A DNA stretch of 64,000 bases from Ruditapes philippinarum (lineage: Eukaryota). The notes beneath the pieces were generated by a model. The model had not been told where the DNA came from, searched no databases, and worked only from the letters and a program-made list of their open reading frames with translations. Within the stretch, counting starts at the first letter, position 1. Every line of letters starts with the position of its first letter. The stretch covers positions 1 to 64,000 of the forward strand of contig NW_026852213.1 in assembly GCF_026571515.1 (NCBI RefSeq). Direction: 5' to 3'. The position numbers and the translations under genes are program-made. Positions 1 to 14,460 of the stretch are shown piece by piece.

Positions 1-379
1 TGTGTGGTTAAATGTTTTATAATATTTTTGATTGCTTGATGTGTATAAACTTACAAGGGGCACGATTAAAGACATTCCATCCTATACGGTGCCCAAATTG
101 AATCCCTCTTGTGGACCAGTACAGATGATATCGCCGTAAACTTGCCCTCAATTATATCTTTACTCCCATATATTTAGCCACAATTCCCTTCGTTTTTGTT
201 GTAAATCTGATCATTTACGTACGTTACAATATGTATACTTTTAGTAGATTTGTTACCGCTATAAATAAATACCGCTTGCAATTGACTGACTTTTGAAAAC
301 TGTTTTGCATGTGTTTAAAATAGGTGTACGTGCAGGTTGTCAAGCGACCTGTCTTATCTTTAAAGAATGGCTGTCTAGT

Positions 380-3300
380 GATATACTATAAAAACAATAT
401 AAAAGCAAACGACGAATATTTATATTTAGTAGAACAGTATATTGTAAATGTGCAGATTATAGATAAACTAATCTTGCTGCAAGATAGAAAGATTTTTAAC
501 ATGAATAACCAAAAGATATCCGGCTTTCTTTAAATCTTTGAGGCTTTGAAGTACTAACCTTTGTAACATTAACTTATTATAGAAGTGATACAACATGCAT
601 GTTTAGAAAACTTCTATACCCGAACAAGTTTTATGTATGAAAAATTTGAAAGACAGTGTTAAATGTATTACATAAAATATATTGTGTTTTATTCTCATTA
701 TTTTATTTTTTGTTCTTTCTATCTTTTGATTTTTCATCTGCTTTGTGTGTTTGTTTGATTTATTTTTTGTTCCTTTTTTTTCTTTTTCTTTGTTATTTGT
801 TATTTTTATTTTATTTTTTTTATATTTGCAGTTGGTTTATTGCCATGTGCATTTACTTTGAACATTTTGTTAAATGTAATTTGGCTGAATCAATTCTAAT
901 ATTTTTGTGGTGTTTTATTGATAAACTATAATATCAACTTTACAGAGACATGTACACTGAATGGCCTATAACCAGTTCTTACATTCAAGAATTTTCGTCA
1001 ATTAAAGAGCATTTTTTCTATTTGCATATTGCATATCGCACGGCATGTAAATAATTTTAGCTTAATTTAAAAGCTAGCAAAAATTTAATGCTGGCATACT
1101 TTGGGGTTTATTTAGCAGTGATAAAAAGGTAAAAATTCAAACTTTTCTGTAAAGATCATAATGTTTCACAGATCTATATCGCTAATTTAATTTCAGGAAC
1201 ATTTTCGAAAAGAAAATAATGTAGGTCTAAACATTTTATTCCACTCGTTAAAATATTTGAATGATTAGTCAATTTTGTTTTTCTTTCAATATCAAACGTG
1301 AATTTGATTCAATAAGAACATCATATTTTAAAAGGTGTGGTTGATATTTTAAAATTATTTTTCGTAGTAACGTCGTCTTTTAAAAAAATGAAAAACTTAT
1401 AGAAAAATTGATTTTTCTAATAAAATTTTTTTAAAAATCTTAAAAAGGAAAAAGCGCCCACAACAAAAATATTTTCATACCCCTCACTAGGGTTTTAAAA
1501 GATTCGAAAAGATTGACTTTTTTTGAAGAAATTTTGTTTGATAAAATTTCTCATTATGAAAAAATTAAATAAAGGATTTTCGTTTTGCATTGTACCGTTT
1601 GAAAAAAAGGGCGTGAAAAGACGGGCCATGTCTTTAAATTTTCCCTTTATTATTCACTAAAATTAACCCGTTTTTTGAAACCCCAGATCTTAAGAATTTA
1701 AAAATGTTAGTTTAAAAATTATTTTTGCATAATTACAAGTCTTTTTAAAAATATTTTTTTTAAAAACATAAATGAAATGGGGGCAATGTAAATTTTGTCA
1801 TTACAAACGAGGATGGTTTTTTAAATTGGTGTTTTTGATCAGCTTAACTTTTTTTTTGATTACAATATTTCAAAAATTAATTAAAGTCCCCAAAGAATTT
1901 TAGGGGAAATTGTTAAGAAAAAAAATCCCAATATTCATTCTTTTTTCGGAAAAAATGATCAAAATAATTATAATTAAACAAAAATTTTTTTTATGTTAAA
2001 TATTAATTCAGCTTCGATGTACTTTTAAAAAAAATTTATCTAAATCATTTAAAGCTTTCCTCAAATTATGGAATTTAAATATATATGTTTTAAATGTATA
2101 AGAAAGTAAAATCCAAGTTGGGGAAAAAAATTTTCTTGTGCGCGTTTTTAACTGGTATGTTTAAAAGTTTATTTTAATTGTTCTTTCAAAAATGTTTAGA
2201 AAATCCTTTGTATGAATATAAAATCTTACTGAATAGTTTAAATTACAACGAGTTTGTTAATGTAACATAACTCTATGAAATACCTCTTGTTCTGAATTTT
2301 ACATACTGTATTAGCAGGATTGAGATAAATTGTTATCTTCATTCATTTTTAAAACCAAATCTTATCGATAAACCTTGTGTTTACGAGAAATTTCATACTG
2401 ATACAGGTAAACCTTTGATATTTACAGCTAATTCGTCTAATTGGCTTGGGAAAATATAATATTTATCAGAAACCTAAGCTTCAATTGATAAAAGAAATGC
2501 AAGTTCATATTTATTTTTTTTCTAAAAACAATTCAAAACCAGTATTCAATTTAATTCAATATTTTATTTGGCATTAATCTTCATACAACAAAATGCATTG
2601 ATAAATAATATTCATTTGGTGAAAAAAATTTACAATCCTGTGTTTATAATACAGTCATACAAAATGTTTTTAGAGAATATATAACATTATGCCTTTATGT
2701 AGATCCAACAATATACATGTATGAGTCTTTTACTTTTAGTGAAAAACATCCTAAATATCTCGACAAATTATTTAGTTCTTTATTAATTTTATAATGAAAT
2801 TAAAGTTTTTATTTTCAAGCAAGGCCAGCGGAAGAAATATGTTTCAGCGGTTATAGTGTTTTGGACAGACGAGTGAAAAATGGAATTCATTCTAAATTAC
2901 GTTCGAAGTGCTTTATTGACTAATATTATCTCTTAGGAAACAATAATAAGTAACTACATTATTTTTTCTTATCCCTGTACATAGTTATTATTAAGTTTAT
3001 TAATAAGTGCTTAAAATGAGTCGTATCAATAAAAGTAAAGAATATTGAAAATAACTGACTAATATTTGACAAAAGAGAGAGTTTCCAAAAAAGAGCTTTT
3101 TAAGCGTTCTACTCAATCCGTAAAATTTATGTTTAAGTAACTTTTTAAATAAATGGAATGAACTGATAAAATATTGTTTGAACTGATATTTAACATTTAT
3201 TGTGTTATCAAATTAAATTTACGATCTTGCGTATATAAAACATCAAACGATATATTGATTATTGTTTTCATATTGATATTATATTGCAAAACATTATTTT

Positions 3301-4050
3301 ATCACGAGTTTGATAAAATATATACATTTATCATTGAGACGACGCGAGTGAAACTGGTGCCTGAAACTGAAAAAATGTTATACTGTGATTTATAAATTTA
3401 TAATAGATAAAATAGATTTATAAAACAGTAACATTAGTCATGGCTTAAGACAACAATGATAGCTTGAAATTTTGTCACGACTTGTAATCAAGACAGAAAT
3501 GATTCAATGCTATGAAAATTCATTTCTTGTTAATTATTTTTTATGATTCAAACACTTTGTACCGATTGGCTTATCTTATCACAAAAGGTAAATGCAATAC
3601 ATATCTCTTAAATATCCCTGAACACATAACAATCTATCTTTTATTTACCAAACGAGTCATAGAGGAATAAGACCTTGAAATCATTTGCATTAAAGTATTA
3701 TGCAAAGTTATTTACATTACAGTTGTAACCTCTCATGACCGAATTAAATTTACAAAATTTTATAAAGTCTGGAAGAAACCTATTACCAAAATATAAATAA
3801 GTACATTTGCATCTGAATTTAAACCTGGTCCAAACACGATAAGAAGATGTTATCGCGCCAGTCAAATATCAGAATCATGAAAAAGATTGAATGCATACAT
3901 ATAGTTTTTAGCATACAATATTGTTACGAATGTTATGTTTTTACCTGTCGGAGTATTATTCATATTGTTTTGCTTTTTTCTCCTTGAGCAGTGTTGCTAA
4001 CATGTTTTTTGATACGGTAAGAGCTGAATGAAGGTACTTGAAGAAAAAAA
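380..4050 (+). pseudogene. Diverged LRR/TLR-like pseudogene, copy 0
   Basis: 3340-4040 clearly aligns with the 3' ends of the other copies (ttgaaattttgtcacgac, aatatccctgaacac, tttaaacctgg); the 5' part shows only LRR-like remnants and its start is approximate. Confidence 0.35.
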
Positions 4051-4324
4051 TATGAGAACATTTTGTCATCGCTAATGTCAGGACACATTGTTCCTTGTTA
4101 ATGTTCTAAAACTTTTTTATATTATTCCTTTTTTCTTCATTATCAAGAGCAATTTTCTTTAGCATTATCACACACGAGTGTTATACATTTACTATTGATG
4201 TTTCCTTTTTATTAAAATGTCAATCAAATTAAATAATTAATGTGTAAAATAAAAATTGTTTACTTATAAACATTGTACTTTAATTTCATACTTTTATGTA
4301 GGATAATCTTTACGTCTATATGTA

Positions 4325-4790
4325 GGTCAGATACTTACATTGATATTCCCATAGACTTACATTATAAGAAATGGTCCCTAATCCTAGCTTAAAATTGAGT
4401 TTTCATGCTAAAGAGATGATTTTTCTAGCAGAATGAAATGCCTGACACACAAAAATGTTCCTGTTATATAGGGGTAGCCAACCAATTTTTTTGCAAAATG
4501 ACTTCAAAGAGGATTACTCCCCATTTCATTGAAATTTTCAGCTGATCACAGGACTGACATACACTTTTTATAAATGCAAATATCCAAGTCAAAATTATCA
4601 TAGAGACTCATGAAATATTTCATTTTCTTCAGAAAACAATGTAGTGCTACTTTCTAAATTAGTGTTTATACTTAAAAATACCCCATTTCATCCAATCACC
4701 TCATGTATAAATTGAATCATACGGATTTCCCTGCATTTTTTTCTTCAGCCAATCGCGATTTCAGCCATTTTACAATGCGACTCCCTGACC
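4325..4790. mobile_element. Non-autonomous DNA element (short GGTCAG...CTGACC termini)
   Basis: Absent from the paralogous positions near 9470 and 18560. Confidence 0.5.
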
Positions 4791-4794
4791 TTTA

Positions 4795-7700
4795 TAGGTT
4801 TGTGTTTTGTTAAGTTGTGTATTCTTTGTTTGTTTGTGGTTTGGTACTAAATATAGAACACGAGGACAGTTAAAGTTCAACATCTAACTCAAGTCAACAT
4901 TATTCGGAAGAAGAGCTTTTCTTTGTTACATAATATTTTTGTATATGCATTTAATGAAGAAAAGAAGATCTGTTCTATTTGATAAATAATATTACATCAT
5001 AATAACAGTGAGATGTTGTCCGTTAAAGGTCACAGTGTAATTGTTTCAATGATGCAATGTTATTTTCTGAAACAATAACACATTAACAAACATTAACAAA
5101 AGTCTATAGATAACAATATTATTTTATTGAACATAAAACTGTTAACCGGGAAATGTAAACATGTTTTATGCCAAAGCATGAAGTGAACAGAATTATGTCA
5201 AAAGTTTTGAATTGGCGTTTAGACATTTATCCATTGATTCATAAAAAAAATTCTAGACATGGGGGATCCCTAGAAGTCAATGAAAAACAAAAAAGTAGTA
5301 AAAAAAGTTATTTAAAAATCTAGAGGAATAACAATTTGCTAATAAGATTAAAAGTCATATATTCTTTTTATTCATTTTATCATGTTAGAAATATATATAA
5401 CTAACGTTTGAAATGCTGTTCTGTGTAAAAGTAGTAACTTAACTTATAATGTTTTTTTTTCCGAATCATACAAACATTTTGAAAGGTTTCTAATCATTTT
5501 ATTAGAACATACAGGTTTAGAAATGTGGCAGTATTTTTCGCTAAAGATAGTAAATCAAATTTCTGATGATAAAAATTTCTTCCAAATTATATGTTATTAT
5601 CATGCCTACAATTATGACATGAGAGGATTAAACTTTATCAGATTAGGTTTTGTGAATGAAATATTTTTCTCCTTAAAACATATCCTTTATATGTTTGATA
5701 AATTCTTTTGCTATAGCAAACATCTGTTGTGAGGTGCAAACAAGAATGGTTTATTTGCATCCGACCTAAAACCAAATGTCAGTGGTTTGCTAGATATTGT
5801 TTCATGGCGTGTTTATATCTGATAAATTTTGTAAAATATTTGATAAAAATTATCCATATATCGTAAAAGAGATAACATTTTCTTTTGAAATTCTGAGGAT
5901 ACCTATAAATTAAACTGTGCTATCAAGAAAGTAACACACCCAGTAAAATATTGTTGGCGACGCCGGTCAGCGGCTTCGTCTCTAATGGAATGCTTTTTTG
6001 TTTGGCCCATGGAAGGAGTTGTTATTATAAGCAGTTAATATAATGTTGTGTTGATTAGTGTTTATTTTAATTCGTAAAAACAAGTGAACAAACATGTTGT
6101 TATTTTTGTGTTTAATAACTTTATGTAAAAAAACATGTGCATCGTGATATTATTTTAATGAAATTGCAGGCTTAGCTTAACAGCGTGTCCCTTAGCTTTA
6201 TTGGCAATACTAAAAGCCGGATTTCGAATATCGTTGTGGCTGTAAAATGTCTTTGCATCTTGGAAAGACAGAGTATATTCTTTTGGGTTCAAGTGTCATC
6301 CTACCCCCCAGGTCACATGTAATGGTATTAAGTACACATCTTCTGTTAAATAATTCTTGATCAAATATTTTTGGCGTGGCCTTTGATGCTTTGTATCAAT
6401 GCTTTTCTTGTGTTTTTATTAAATCGAATTGGCATTTTTCACAAGAAAGGGATATGAATTTGACAAATCGTTCAAATTTTTTATTTCATGCAATGATTAG
6501 TGCAATGCAATTGTAATTCTCGAAGAATGTTAAGTACAAATTAAGATATAAGTAAAGATGCAAATTTTCGGAAAAGTCTTAAATATTTTACGATATTATA
6601 AACATGTTGCACAACAAAAACTTTGCGTTGTGGTCAAAAAAGTTTAAATCTAGTGTATATGTTCATAGAATTTAAAAAAAAAAGAAATATCTCTCGTGCC
6701 TCTAGCACCAACTTAAGCAGTCGTTAATCCACAACAGTAAAAGAGAATACACTGTACCCATTACTCGTAAAAATACAAAACATTGCCTTTCTACTACGTA
6801 AAAACTGCTAGAAATTTACAAGTCATAAAATGTTTTGAATTTCAATTAACTTTAAAATAAAATGTCCGTGGTAATGAAAACATTTTTTGTGCATTAAAAT
6901 AAAACATTTCGCGCCAGTGATTATGCGTCGTAGCAAAAAGCACGCTGGAATCTTCAGCTCTAGATCAATATCATATTTGTATGAATGAATGTTTATTATT
7001 CTACGTGAGGAAAAAGATGGATCAGTATATATTAGTACGATAAAGTTCGTAAACTGTTATTATCAGAGAAAGCAATTTAGATAGGTAATAGGCTGTAGAC
7101 GCTTTCCCTGGCTTTTTATTGCTCAACTTCTCAGGAAAGTCATTTTAGTCATTCAATAATCGAAAATTTCACATATTTTATAAACACCCGGTCAAACATA
7201 TATTTAAAGACGACATTTATAACGTTATATAAGTACGATGTTGTATTTTCGATATCAATCTTAACAAAAATTTGAAACCCTGAACCAACACTAAATTGCA
7301 AAATAACACTTCAAATTGTAATTTTCCTATCAATAATAGACACTACAGATAAAGAAAACAATGGAAAATCTACATTAACTTGCTTATTTTTTCACAAACG
7401 GGAAAACAAGTTTGTTATACAGAATGTGAAAACATAGATCAAGTAGATCAAGCAACGTTTAATAAACTCGTCCCTACCAATATTCAGCTGCACATGACCA
7501 TTGAAAAGGTTTTCAGTGTCAAACATGATAGGGGCAAAAGGCTGAAGAGAACACTACAGACGGGGTAGAGTGTAGTGTTTGACTTTCCCGGGAAAAAGAG
7601 AGAGCATGTAATTATTTCACATGTTGTTTAGGATCTTGAAAAATAAAAACATGAAAACATAAAACATAACAATGATAACTTGAAATTTTGTCACGACATA

Positions 7701-8250
7701 TAACCGAGACAGAAATAATTAAATTCAAAACGAAATTCATTATTGTATATTATATTATTATTACATTATATATTATAATATTATTCATTATTTTTATGTT
7801 TCAAACAATTCGTACTGATTGGTTTAGCTTATTATCACGAAAGGTAAATGCATAAAATATCTCTTAAATATCCCTGAACACATAATAATCTATCTTTTGT
7901 TTACCAAAAGAGTCATAGAGGAATAAGACCTTGAAATCATTTGCATAATAATTATGAATTAAAGTATTATTCAGAGTTATTTTCATTGCAGTTGTAACCT
8001 ATCATGATTAAATTAGATTTACAGAATTTGATAAAGTCAGGAAGTAACCTATAAACAAAAAATAAATACTTTTGCATCTTAATTTAAACCTGGTTTAAAC
8101 ACGAACAGAAACTGTAATCGCGCCAGCATGAAACAGATTGACTGCATACATACAATTCTTAGTGCAACATATTTTTTATGAATGTTTATTTTTTTTTTAT
8201 TTTTAGGGGTATTATTTTTAATATTTTTGTTTGTTTGTTTGTTGGGGGTT
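4795..8250 (+). pseudogene. LRR/TLR-like pseudogene, copy 1
   Basis: Carries all shared blocks in order (about 4840, 5030, 5720, 6960, 7390, 7555, 7680-8180); many stops and frameshifts. Confidence 0.5.
5955..6407 (+). mobile_element. Insertion containing a CR1/L2-like LINE RT C-terminal fragment
   Basis: Absent from the other copies; TTGT on both flanks; SLHLGKTEYILLGS at 6250-6291. Confidence 0.6.
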
Positions 8251-9479
8251 TTTTTGGGGGTTTTTTTATGCTAACATTGATCAAAGGTACTTTTGTGTTT
8301 ATTTTGAACAAATTATTACATACTTCTTGCCAATATAATATTCTAAATAACGTCTATGATAAGTGTTAGTTAAAGATATACTATGCCCATCTTTTGGTAA
8401 AATATTTCTATCTGAGAAATGTATTGAAATGCATGACATTCTTACTGCGTATTTTAAATTTGAATAAAAGAATGAATAAACTATGCATGGGAAGCTGCAT
8501 TCTTTATTACAGGTCAAGTAAAGTTGGTCTTTTCTTAAAAAACTGCCAGTTTTTTTAATGACACTATATATTCATATTGAGACTACCTATAGTGTGTAGA
8601 GTTCAAAACATAACATACCTACTTTAAATGAAGTCGAAACATGTTTATTTTATACATATAAAGAAACTGTGTAGCAATTAACAATATTTTCAAAAATTAA
8701 ATTTGAGCGTAGTATATCTTTAATAAGCGATATAATGTCCATTTCATATTTTGATTCCATTGCTTTCGAGTCCAGAACTGTTTAAATATATTTAGGAAAA
8801 ACGGACATAAATATTTTTACTATTAGCACCATGCGATACTTCGGGGATCAATTATTGAAAGTATAAGTGAAATTTGATTTTTGTTGTGAAAAATATAGTT
8901 TAAAAAAAAGAAGTTGTTCTATTGAAAACAGGTATAAATAATAAGATGTAACTCACCGACAAAACAATATTTAAAAAAATTGATAATCATTGAAATGTTT
9001 TAAATGTGGTACTGGTAAATGAGTAAAGTTTCCTAATATTTAAAGTATATCACACTATTGCACAAGTTACGTACTAAAATACAATATCATGTAAAATTTG
9101 AAGTGTTTTCGTGTGATTCCGATATTATTACCGTTCTGTTTTAATCAAGGATATATTTCTTTGGAAGATTTATCTCATAGTACAACGGGTAGAAAACAGG
9201 TTCGGTGATCACTTGACATTTCTTTATAATTTCCCTGTGTTAATGGGCTATAACCTTTAAAACCGTTTCTTTTTTCACAATCCAAACAATTTTTATTCAC
9301 CGTTATCACACTCTTTTGTAATACATTTACTTTTAATGTTTCCTTTTCACTAATTGTCAATCGGATTAACATCATTATAGTGCAGAACAAACAAATGTTG
9401 TCTTATAGCCTTCTGTTTTAATTTTATACTTCTTTTCCATTTTTCGTAGGATACTCTTTACCGATACGTCTTTATGTAT

Positions 9480-11605
9480 AAGTTTATGTCTTGTTAAATT
9501 GTGTTTTCTTTGTTTTTGTTTGTGTTTTGGTTCTAAATATAGAACACGAGCACAGTTAAAGCTCAACATCTAACTCAAACCAACATTTTTCGGAAGAAGA
9601 GCTTTTGTTTGTTACAATAATGATGTTTATCTTTCCGCATTTCATTAGGAAAAGAAGTTCTGTTCTATTTGATTAAATAATATTTTATCATAATAACAGT
9701 GGGAATGTGTGTGTATATGAGGTCACAATGTCATTGTTTCAATGATGCGATGTTATTTTTCTGAAACAAACACATTAACAAACATAAACAAAAGTGTATA
9801 GATAACAATATTATTTTTATTAAGCATAAACTACGAACAAGGAATTGTAGACAACATGATTCATGCCAAACATTAAAGTGAATATAAAAAGCGTAATATA
9901 GGAGAAAAAGTATGTCTGACGTTTAGATATTTATCAATTTATCCATGTAAAATTCTGGAAATTGGGGTGCTTCTCAGAATCTTTAAAAATCTAGAAAAGG
10001 TATATATCTCGAAAAAAATGAAAATTTGCCAATATCAAATATGCTTTTTATTTATTTTATCAAGTTAGAAATTCTTCTAACTAACTAATAATAATTTTCG
10101 AAAATGGATGTTTGAAATGTTAATGTATGTAAAAGTTGATACTTGTACTATACTTTATAATGATTTTTTCCAAATAAAAATACAACATTTTGTTAGGTCT
10201 TTTATCAGTTAACGTTAAAAAAACAGGTTTAGAAACGTAGCAGTATTTTTCGCTAAGATAGTAATGATAAATAATGATAAATAATTCTACCAAATGTAGA
10301 AATTCTACCACTATTATGACATGAGATGAATAAACTTAATCAGATTCGGTTTTGTGAATTAAATATTCTATCTATAAAACATATCCTATTTAATTTGGTG
10401 TTTTGCTGTAGCTAACATCTGTTGTGGGGAACAAACAAAAATGGTTTATTTGCATCCGACCTCAAACCAAATGTCAGTGGTTTTATAGATATTGTTTCAT
10501 GACGTGTTTATATATGATAAATTTTGTAAAGTATTTTATTAAATTTATCGATATATCGTTAAAGAGATATCATTTTCTTTTGAAATACTGAGGATACATA
10601 CAAATATAACTGAACTATCAAGAAAATAAAATACACCCAATAAAATAATGTATTTTATGAGTTAAATTGGCATCTTTCTCAAAAAAAGGAAATGAATATG
10701 ACAAGTCTTTCAAATATTTTAAGTCATGCAATGTTTAGTGCAATAAAATCGAAATTCTGGATGAATCTTGGCTGCAAATCAAGATATAAATATAGATGAA
10801 AATTTCCTGGAATGTCGAAAATATTTTACAATATTATATACATTTTGCATAGGAAAAAACCTAAAGTTGTCGTCAGAGTTAAGAATCTAGTGTATAAATT
10901 ATGTTTAATGAAAAATGCAATATATGTCGAGCCTTCAGCACCGACTTAAGAAGTATTTTATTCAAAACAGTTAAAGTAAATACGTTGAACCCAGTACTCG
11001 TAAAAATGCAAAACATTGCAATTCTGCTTACGTAAAAACTGCTAGAAATTTACAGTTCATAAAATTTCTATTAACTTTTTGAACAAAAATAAAATGTCCG
11101 TGGCAATGAAAACAGTTTTTTACATTAAAATAAAACATTTCGCGCCAGTGATTATACACCGTAGTAAAAAGCACCGCTGGAATCATGAACACTAGATCAA
11201 TATCATATTTGTATGAATGAAAATGAATAATTCTACGTGAGAAAAAGGGTTGATTATTATATATCAATACGATAAAGTTCTGAAACAGTTTTTATCAGAG
11301 AAAGCAATGCGAACAGAGGAAAAAACGTTATGTAAATATTTTTGGGATATAAGTAAGAAGTAAATGAAAATTTATTTAGAAATAGAACTGGATGATTAAA
11401 ACGGAACAAACCAACAAACGCTCATATCTAGCTTGCGCGTGTACACAATGGTTATTTTCATAAAGATAGGTTATCACGTCGAATATACTGTATATTATAC
11501 TTATATAATACTATAATGACGAATGTGCTGAAAAGGGCTGTAGATGATATCTCTGTTTTTTTAAAGTCATTATCATTCATTCAATGAATTGACGACTCAC
11601 ATTTA
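9480..11605 (+). pseudogene. LRR/TLR-like pseudogene, copy 2 (3'-truncated)
   Basis: QCHCFNDAM cap-like remnant near 9725; same blocks as copy 1; abuts copy 3. Confidence 0.5.
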
Positions 11606-11614
11606 TGTATGTAT

Positions 11615-14460
11615 GTTTTGTAACTAAAAATAGAGAACATGAGCACATGCGATAAAGGCAACATGTAACTCAAACCAACAGTACTCGGAAGGCGGGTTTT
11701 TGTTTGTTACATTCTGTTTATGTATCCGCATTTCATTAGGAAAATTAGTTCTGTTCTATTTGATAAAATAATATTTTATAATAATAAAAGTGAGGTTTTG
11801 TGTATAAGAGATCACAATGTCATTGCTTCAATGGTGCAATGTTATTTTCTGAAACAACCACATTAACAAACATAATTTAAAGGCTATAGATAACAGTATT
11901 ATTTTTATTTAGCATAAACTACGAGCCAGGAAATGTAAACATGATTAATGCCATGCATAATGTGAATATAAAAAGCGTAATGTAGGAGAAAACGCATGTC
12001 TGGCGTTTAGATATTTATCAATTAATCCATTTAAATTTTCTGGAAATAGGGTAGGTTCTTGGAAGAATCTTTAAATTTCTAGAAAAGGTATATGCCTCGA
12101 GAGTTATTATAATTTTCCGATAAGATGATTAGTAAAATATGCTTTTTATTCATTTTATCAAGTTAGAAATACATATATTAAAAGTAACACACCCGATAAA
12201 ATATTGTATTTTTATTCAATTAAATGGGCACCTTTTACAAGAAAGGGAAATGAATTGACAAGTCGTTCACATAATTTAACTTATGCAATCATTACACCAA
12301 TGAAATAGTAATTCAGGAGAAATGTTGGTTTCAAATTAAGATATAAATGTGGGAAAGTCCAAAATATTTCACAATATTATTCAAGTATTGCATATGAATA
12401 AACAACGTTGTCGTCAAAGTTTAAAATCAAGTGTATATGTTCAAAGAATATAATTAACATGCAATATATGTCGTGCCACTAGCACCGACTTAAGCAGTAT
12501 TAAATCTACAACATTAAAATTTAAAACGTTGTACACAGTACTCGTAAGAATGCAAAACATTGGGCTACTACTTACGTAGAAACTGCTAGGAAATTACATG
12601 TCATCAAATGTTTCTAAATTTCGTTAACTTTTAAAACAATAATACAATGTTCCTGGTAACGAAAACAGATTTTTGTACATTAAGATTTAACTTTCGTTGC
12701 TGTGATTAAACGTCGAAGTAAAAAGCACCGATGTAATCTTTAGCACTAGATCAATATAATATTTGTATGAATGAAAATTAACAATTCTATGTGAGAAAAA
12801 AATGGAATCAGTATATATCAAAATGATAAAGTTCTGAAACAGTTTTTATCAGAGAAAGCAATGCGAATTGAGGAAAAATATATATGATATGTAAAAATTA
12901 TAGGCATACAAATAAGAAGTCCATGAAAACGTATTTAGAAATAATACTGGAAAATCAGAACGGACCAAACCAACAAAAGCTTTCATATAGCTTGCGCATG
13001 TACAGAAGGGTGGTTTTTATAATGATAGGTTATCACGCCGAATATAGATTATACTTTTATAATATCATTATGACGAATTTCCTAAAATGGCTATTGATGA
13101 TATATCTGGCTTTTTATTGCACAACTTCTAATGAAAGTCATTTTCTGTCACTTAATGCATTAAAGACTCACACACATAATTTATTAGCAGCCAATCACAT
13201 ATATCCAGAGACGACATTGATAAAGTTATACATGTACGCTGTAATATTTTATACATTGAGATTAACAAAATGTAAAACCCTAAACCAACACCAAATTGCA
13301 TAAATAACACTTTATTTGTAATTTTCGTATCAGAAATGGCTTAAGATAAAGCAAAGCAATGGAGAATCTTCAATTATCTTTTTCACAAACGGGAAAACTT
13401 GTTACACAGAATTTTGAAAGAAGAGATCAACTAGGGAAAGCAACGTTTAAGGAACACATCCCTACCAATATTCAGAGTCACATGACCAGTGAAAGAATGT
13501 TTTCAGTGTGGCATCAAACATGATAGTGGCCAAAGGCTGAAGAGAGCACTACAGACGGAGCAGAGTGTAGTGTTTAACTGTCCCGGAAAAATACAAGAGA
13601 GCATGTAATTATTTTACATGTTGTTTAGGATCTTCCCAAATGAAAACATGAAACGGTATATATTCGTTTTTGCTTTCAAATTAATGTTATATAGCAAATC
13701 CTTATCTGTTTGTTAAATAGAATCTTTACATTTGTTATTGTAATGACGCACGTGAAATTCGTGCCTGAAACTATCAAATGTGATGATGCCAATCCTTATA
13801 TTTATAAAAAACATTAACATTAGTCATTACTTGAGACAAAACAATAATAACTTGAAATTTTTGTCACGACTTCAAATCAAGACAGAGATGATCAAACTCA
13901 AAGAAAATTAAGTATTTGTTCATTATTTTTATGATTCAAATATTTTGTACCGTTTTGTTTACCTTATCACAACAGGTTAATGCATTACATACCTCTTACA
14001 TATCCCTGAACACATGACAATCTACCTTGAGTTCATCAAATGAGTCATAAATATACGACCTCCAAAATTATTTACATAATAATCATGAATAAAAGAATAA
14101 GAATATTATGCAGAATTATTTTCATTACAGTTGTAACCTCTCATGACTAAATTAGATTTTACAAATTTGATAAAATCGAAAAGTAGGCTATAAACAAAAA
14201 AAAATACGTTTGCGTCTAAATTTAAACCTGGTTTAAACACGATCAGAAGATGTTATCGCGCCAGTCAAATATCAGAATCATGGAAAATGTTGACTGCATA
14301 CATATAGTTTTTAGTGCAACATATTTTTATGAATGTTTTGCTTTTTATCTGTAGGAGTATTATTATAAATGCTTTTGCATTTTGTCCTTTTCTTTTTCCT
14401 TGTTCAGTGTTACCAATACATTGTTTAGTACGGTCAGAGCTGAAAGAAGGTATTTAAAAA
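11615..14460 (+). pseudogene. LRR/TLR-like pseudogene, copy 3 (internal deletion near 12180)
   Basis: Includes ORF 12884-13303, an LRR-like remnant; Cys-cap-like, hydrophobic and TIR-like remnants at 13380-14400. Confidence 0.5.

Noticed and set aside
656-2200. Hydrophobic ORF 656-931 and the homopolymer-rich stretch after it
   Set aside because: Low-complexity T-rich DNA; the run-rich texture may reflect lower consensus accuracy.
12884-13303. 139-aa ORF as a functional gene
   Set aside because: It is a chance-open piece of pseudogene copy 3; equivalent regions in the other copies contain stops.
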